NCBI GenBank assembly: GCA_033723415.1
Contig: JAWVXD010000003.1
Location: 64,001 to 128,000, forward strand
DNA: 64,000 nt
Direction of reading: 5' to 3'
DNA from: Sulfurospirillaceae bacterium
GTDB taxonomy: Bacteria; Campylobacterota; Campylobacteria; Campylobacterales; Sulfurospirillaceae
Positions 59,890-64,000 of this stretch are shown one piece after another. Each line of letters opens with the position of its first letter. Within the stretch, counting starts at the first letter, position 1. The notes under the pieces are model-generated. The model saw only the letters and a list, made by a program, of their open reading frames with translations. It made no database searches and was not told the DNA's origin. The position numbers and the translations under genes were made by a program.

Positions 59890-60888
59890 ATGGATATTTC
59901 AAAAAGTGAAGCACTTAAAAATATAACTGTAAAGCAGAAAAATCCAAAATCTGAAACAAAAAACATTGCTAAACATGTAGCTGAAAAAGCAACTTCTCCA
60001 ACAGAGAAAGAGATAAAAAACTTCTCCGTTAAAACTCTTTTAGATTCTTTATTTAAAGATTTAAGTTCCGGTACAAAATCCAAAAGTGAAGTCTTAAGCA
60101 CTTTAAAACAATTAGACATATCATTAAATATAAAAGATACAGTTGCTGATCTAAAAGCATTGATACAGTTAATAAAATCTGATGAATCAATACTAAAATC
60201 AGATATAAAATTGGATGAAATGTTACTTGATATCAAAAATCTGACTTCTGATAATTTACGAGCACATATAGAAAAATCAGGTGTTTTTTTTGAGTCTAAG
60301 TTAGCAGAGATAAGCTTTCATGAGAAAATAAACAATATTGATCTACCGGCTCTAGTGCGACTAAAAGATGAAGTTTTTAGTGACGTTAAATCCGTACTTT
60401 TAACGATACAAGATAAATTAAATAATACTAATAAGCCAGAGGCAAAAGAGGCTTTGGTTCATGTAGACAAAATTCTTACAAATATATATTATTATCAATT
60501 ACTCTCATTTAGCGCAAATGTAAATATATCATATCTTCCTTTGCTTTGGACAGAATTAGAAGACGGTAGAATCCAGCTCAAAAAATTGAAACAAAGTAAA
60601 TATTTTTGTGAGATAAATCTCAAGCTGAAAAGATATGGCAAAATTGATCTTTTACTTATGTTATCTGATGATAAATATGTAGATATATCATTTTTTGCGG
60701 AAGATGAAAATCTACTACAACTATTAAATCAAAATATTCAGGCGTTACAAAATGGTATATCTAAAATAGGACTTATCTCATTAAACATGTATATCTTTGA
60801 TTATTTGAAAGGTGACAAGGCCAAAAAAGATACAAAAGCATTTGCAGACTCTTTACAGACGGGTGAGGGGATTAACATACATGTCTGA
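59890..60888 (+). CDS. FliK-like flagellar hook-length control protein (C-terminal domain)
   Basis: SG.FFE.KL, YQLLS, YLP..W..LE.G, FCEINL.L..YG; adjacent to a FlhB C-terminal-like gene. Confidence 0.6.
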   Translation: MDISKSEALKNITVKQKNPKSETKNIAKHVAEKATSPTEKEIKNFSVKTLLDSLFKDLSSGTKSKSEVLSTLKQLDISLNIKDTVADLKALIQLIKSDESILKSDIKLDEMLLDIKNLTSDNLRAHIEKSGVFFESKLAEISFHEKINNIDLPALVRLKDEVFSDVKSVLLTIQDKLNNTNKPEAKEALVHVDKILTNIYYYQLLSFSANVNISYLPLLWTELEDGRIQLKKLKQSKYFCEINLKLKRYGKIDLLLMLSDDKYVDISFFAEDENLLQLLNQNIQALQNGISKIGLISLNMYIFDYLKGDKAKKDTKAFADSLQTGEGINIHV

Positions 60889-61147
60889 GAAAATCAAAAA
60901 AGCAGTCGTTCTAAAATATAATGAAGGAAAAGAAGCTGCTCCAAAAGTCACGGCAAAAGGAAGAGGAGAAGTTGCTAAAAATATCATCAAGATAGCAGAA
61001 GAGTACAATCTACCTATAAAAAAAGATGAGGATCTGGTAGAGCTTTTAAGCAAGGTGGAGATAGACAAGGAAATCCCGGAGAATCTTTACAAGGCAGTTG
61101 CTGAAGTATTTAGTTTCTTATACAAGATCACAAATAAAAACCAGTAG
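60881..61147 (+). CDS. FlhB C-terminal-like (EscU/YscU/HrcU family) protein
   Basis: KAV.L.Y....APKV.AKG.G, IP..LY.AVAE; ATG at 60881. Confidence 0.88.
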   Translation: MSEKIKKAVVLKYNEGKEAAPKVTAKGRGEVAKNIIKIAEEYNLPIKKDEDLVELLSKVEIDKEIPENLYKAVAEVFSFLYKITNKNQ

Positions 61148-61152
61148 AGTTT

Positions 61153-62793
61153 TTATCCTTCCCAAGCCTCATTTGCGATCTTTTTGGTTTCTTTTTGTAT
61201 CTCTTTCAAATGCTCTTCATCAATAAAACTTTCTGCATATATCTTATATATAGGCTCAGTACCTGAGGGGCGGATAGCAAACCAGCCATTATCCGTTACA
61301 ACCTTAAGACCTCCGATTGAAGCATTATTTCCTGGTGCTTTTGTAAGAATTGAGACAATCGGCTCACCTGCAAGAACTTTTGTTTTGATATCTTCAGGTA
61401 GAAGATTTTTGAGTATTTTTCTCTGTTTTTCATCTGCAGGGGCATCGATTCTATTGTATAGAGGATCTCCAAATTTTTCTGTAAGTTCTATATAATGCTC
61501 ACCAGGATCTTTTTGGGTGACTGCTAGGATTTCAGCTGCTAAAAGTGTCATGATGATGCCGTCTTTATCGGTTGTCCATACCGTACCGTCTTTCCTTAAA
61601 AAACTTGCTCCCGCACTCTCTTCACCACCAAAATAGATTTTGCCGCTCGTGAGTCCATCAACAAACCATTTGAAACCGACCGGTACTTCGATGACTTTTT
61701 TATCCAAGCTTTCTGCCACGCGGTCGATCATGGAACTGCTGACCAATGTTTTACCGATACCCAGATTTGCATCCCAAAGCGGTCGATTTTGCGCGAGGTA
61801 ATTGATAGCTACGCTGAGGTAATGATTGGGATTCATCAGCCCCATACTTTTGGTGACGATACCGTGGCGATCAAAATCCGTGTCATTTCCAAAAGCGATG
61901 TCAAATTTGTCTTTCATATCAATGAGTCCTGCCATCGCATAAGGTGACGAGCAATCCATGCGAATCTTGCCGTCTTTATCACAATGCATAAAAGAAAAAG
62001 TAGAATCAAGATGATCGTTAAAGATTTCCATATTGAGTCCATAATGTTCTTTGATCGCTTGATAGTATGCCATGCCGGCACCGCCCATAGCATCGGCTCC
62101 TATCAAAATACCAGATTGTGAGATTGCTTCCATATCTATTATATTTTCCAGATTTTGGACATAAGGCGTGATATAATCATATTGTGTGATACGGTTGCTT
62201 TTCAGAGCAACTTCAAATTCGACTTTCAAAACTTCACTTAGACCATGTTCTAAAATTTCATTGGCCCTTTTTTCAATCCAGTCCGTCACATCCGTGTCAG
62301 CCGGTCCGCCATGAGGAGGATTATATTTAAAACCACCATCACTTGGGGGATTGTGTGATGGTGTGATGACTATACCGTCACATTGTTGCTTCGTATTTTG
62401 GTTGTGTGTGAGAATGGCATGTGAGATCACGGGTGTGGGCGTGTAGCCAAAATCTTTTGCCATATAAACCGTGACTTTGTTTGCCGTAAGTACTTCTAGT
62501 GCCGTGATTTGAGCAGGATACGAGAGGGCGTGGGTATCCATACCGATAAATAAAATCCCTTCTATCCCTTTATGTTTTCGGTAATCACACACTGCTTGCG
62601 TGACGGCTAAGATGTGCGCCTCGTTAAAGCTGCTCGCAAGCGAAGAGCCTCGATGCCCTGAAGTCCCAAAACTGATCCTTTGTGCTTCAATCTTCGGATC
62701 AGGAGTCTTAGTGTAGTACTCACTGATCAGTTTTGGAATATTACAGAGCGATGATTTCGGTGCCAATTTCCCGGCATTTGGATGAAGACTCAT
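61153..62793 (-). CDS. pgm: Phosphoglucomutase (alpha-D-glucose-1,6-bisphosphate-dependent)
   Basis: FGTSGHRG, ITPSHNPP, DTDFDR, GEESAG, RPSGTE. Confidence 0.95.
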   Translation of the reverse strand: MSLHPNAGKLAPKSSLCNIPKLISEYYTKTPDPKIEAQRISFGTSGHRGSSLASSFNEAHILAVTQAVCDYRKHKGIEGILFIGMDTHALSYPAQITALEVLTANKVTVYMAKDFGYTPTPVISHAILTHNQNTKQQCDGIVITPSHNPPSDGGFKYNPPHGGPADTDVTDWIEKRANEILEHGLSEVLKVEFEVALKSNRITQYDYITPYVQNLENIIDMEAISQSGILIGADAMGGAGMAYYQAIKEHYGLNMEIFNDHLDSTFSFMHCDKDGKIRMDCSSPYAMAGLIDMKDKFDIAFGNDTDFDRHGIVTKSMGLMNPNHYLSVAINYLAQNRPLWDANLGIGKTLVSSSMIDRVAESLDKKVIEVPVGFKWFVDGLTSGKIYFGGEESAGASFLRKDGTVWTTDKDGIIMTLLAAEILAVTQKDPGEHYIELTEKFGDPLYNRIDAPADEKQRKILKNLLPEDIKTKVLAGEPIVSILTKAPGNNASIGGLKVVTDNGWFAIRPSGTEPIYKIYAESFIDEEHLKEIQKETKKIANEAWEG

Positions 62794-62802
62794 AGCATTT
62801 AC

Positions 62803-64000
62803 CTAATAATTAAACATTTTGTCATAATATTCCGTTGCTTGTCTGCGTGAATCAAACTCAACTTCGATCTCCGTCATCGCACTTTTCATGATCTCAAGCC
62901 ATGTGTTTGGCTCTTTATAATAAGTCGGGATGATCTTATCTTCCAATATATCCATCATATGTTTATTGTCAAGTTTATCTTGCTCTTCAATCGGCAATTT
63001 ATAATCAACCGCAGGTATCGTAAACGCATTTTTGCCGTCTCTTGCAAATTCAGGATGCCAGCCGTCATCGATCGAGAAGTGGATCGATCCGTTCATACTC
63101 GCAGCCATACCGCTTGTACCGCTTGCTTCTCTGGTGATCCTTGGCGTATTGAGCCAAACATCGCTTCCTTGTTTTAGCATTTTTGAAAGGGTGAGTTCAT
63201 ACCCTACTAAAACCGCCATATTTTTATAGTGATGACTGATATTGACCAGTTCGTTAAAGATGTCGATCGCGCCGTAGTCGGTTGGATAAGGCTTGCCAGC
63301 CCAGATGATTTGTACCGGCATATCCACGCGTTTCATCAATTTTACAAAGCGTTCAAAATCGTACTTCAAAAGTCCCGGTCTTTTGTACTCTGCAAAGCGT
63401 CTTGCCCAGACGATGGTGAGGATCTCAGGGTCAAACATCTTTCCGGTTTGATCGGCTACGACATCAAAAAGTATCTTCTTGAGGTGTTTTTTTCTCGCAA
63501 TGATCTCATAATCTTCGTGTTCATCCAGATTTCGCGTGAGCGTCTTGTCGCTCCAGTATTTTTTGTTTTGTGAGTTGGTGATGGAGATGATCTCGCATCT
63601 GCCTTCCACATGCGACCACATCTCGTTTGAGACTTTCGCGTGGATCTTGGATACGGCATTGGCGATCTTGGCACTTCTTAGCGCGCCTACGGTCAAGCTA
63701 AAATTATCATCATGTTCGTAGCCGCTGATTTTGCGTACAGTCTCTAAATCCAAACCGTTAAAAAATCCCATCTCATGTAAAAAGTTGATATTGTGCTCTT
63801 CATTACCTGCTTTTTCAGGCGTATGGGTGGTAAAAACGACTTGTTTTTTGATCGCTTCTACGTCTGGATTTTGATTGTAGAGTTCGTAAACCAAAGGCAG
63901 GGCATGTCCTTCATTCATATGATAGATGTCGATATTTTGTTTTAGGGCATCTAAAACTTTTACGCCTCCGATTCCCAAGACAATCTCTTGTGCGACTCTT
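62803..64000 (-). CDS. glgP: Alpha-glucan phosphorylase family protein (GT35), 5' part outside the window
   Basis: QEIVLGIGG, HMNEGH, FTTHTP, ARRFAEYKR, EASGTSGM. The frame continues past 64000. Confidence 0.85.
   Translation of the reverse strand, partial: RVAQEIVLGIGGVKVLDALKQNIDIYHMNEGHALPLVYELYNQNPDVEAIKKQVVFTTHTPEKAGNEEHNINFLHEMGFFNGLDLETVRKISGYEHDDNFSLTVGALRSAKIANAVSKIHAKVSNEMWSHVEGRCEIISITNSQNKKYWSDKTLTRNLDEHEDYEIIARKKHLKKILFDVVADQTGKMFDPEILTIVWARRFAEYKRPGLLKYDFERFVKLMKRVDMPVQIIWAGKPYPTDYGAIDIFNELVNISHHYKNMAVLVGYELTLSKMLKQGSDVWLNTPRITREASGTSGMAASMNGSIHFSIDDGWHPEFARDGKNAFTIPAVDYKLPIEEQDKLDNKHMMDILEDKIIPTYYKEPNTWLEIMKSAMTEIEVEFDSRRQATEYYDKMFNY

Noticed and set aside
59890..61147. FliK-like plus FlhB-C-like pair as part of a type III secretion system
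   Set aside because: A common stand-alone flagellar-associated pair; no other export apparatus genes are nearby.

Overview
AT-rich chromosome segment of a Campylobacterota (epsilonproteobacterial) bacterium, inferred from gene order and protein style. Two conserved core blocks are present: pyrB...uvrD-truB-csrA-ispE-smpB-clpS-clpA-aat, and metK / lnt-yajC-secDF-leuS-lptE-GGDEF-folC-M23-bactofilin-mfd. Accessory modules sit between them. (1) An Rrf2 regulator diverges from a norCBDQEF nitric-oxide reductase operon, with a perfect 23-bp inverted repeat in the shared promoter. (2) An amrS-amrB pair. (3) A Tat-exported TorZ/BisC-like molybdoenzyme with a monohaem cytochrome c and a two-component system. 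(4) The best novelty candidate: an 8.4-kb unit between metK and lnt, made of GntR, ATP-grasp ligase, an atypical KamA/Eam-like radical-SAM PLP aminomutase and an M20 peptidase, with tandem ATTGTCGACAAT operators and a divergent TAXI-TRAP transporter. (5) pgm plus a glucan phosphorylase whose PLP lysine is replaced by Ala. Other signals: a structured, repeat-flanked ~200-nt metK leader (candidate new cis-regulatory RNA), a probable CTG start for mfd, and head-to-head overlap of lnt and yajC. I saw no tRNA, rRNA, CRISPR array or transposase. All family assignments come from motif recognition by eye, not database searches.
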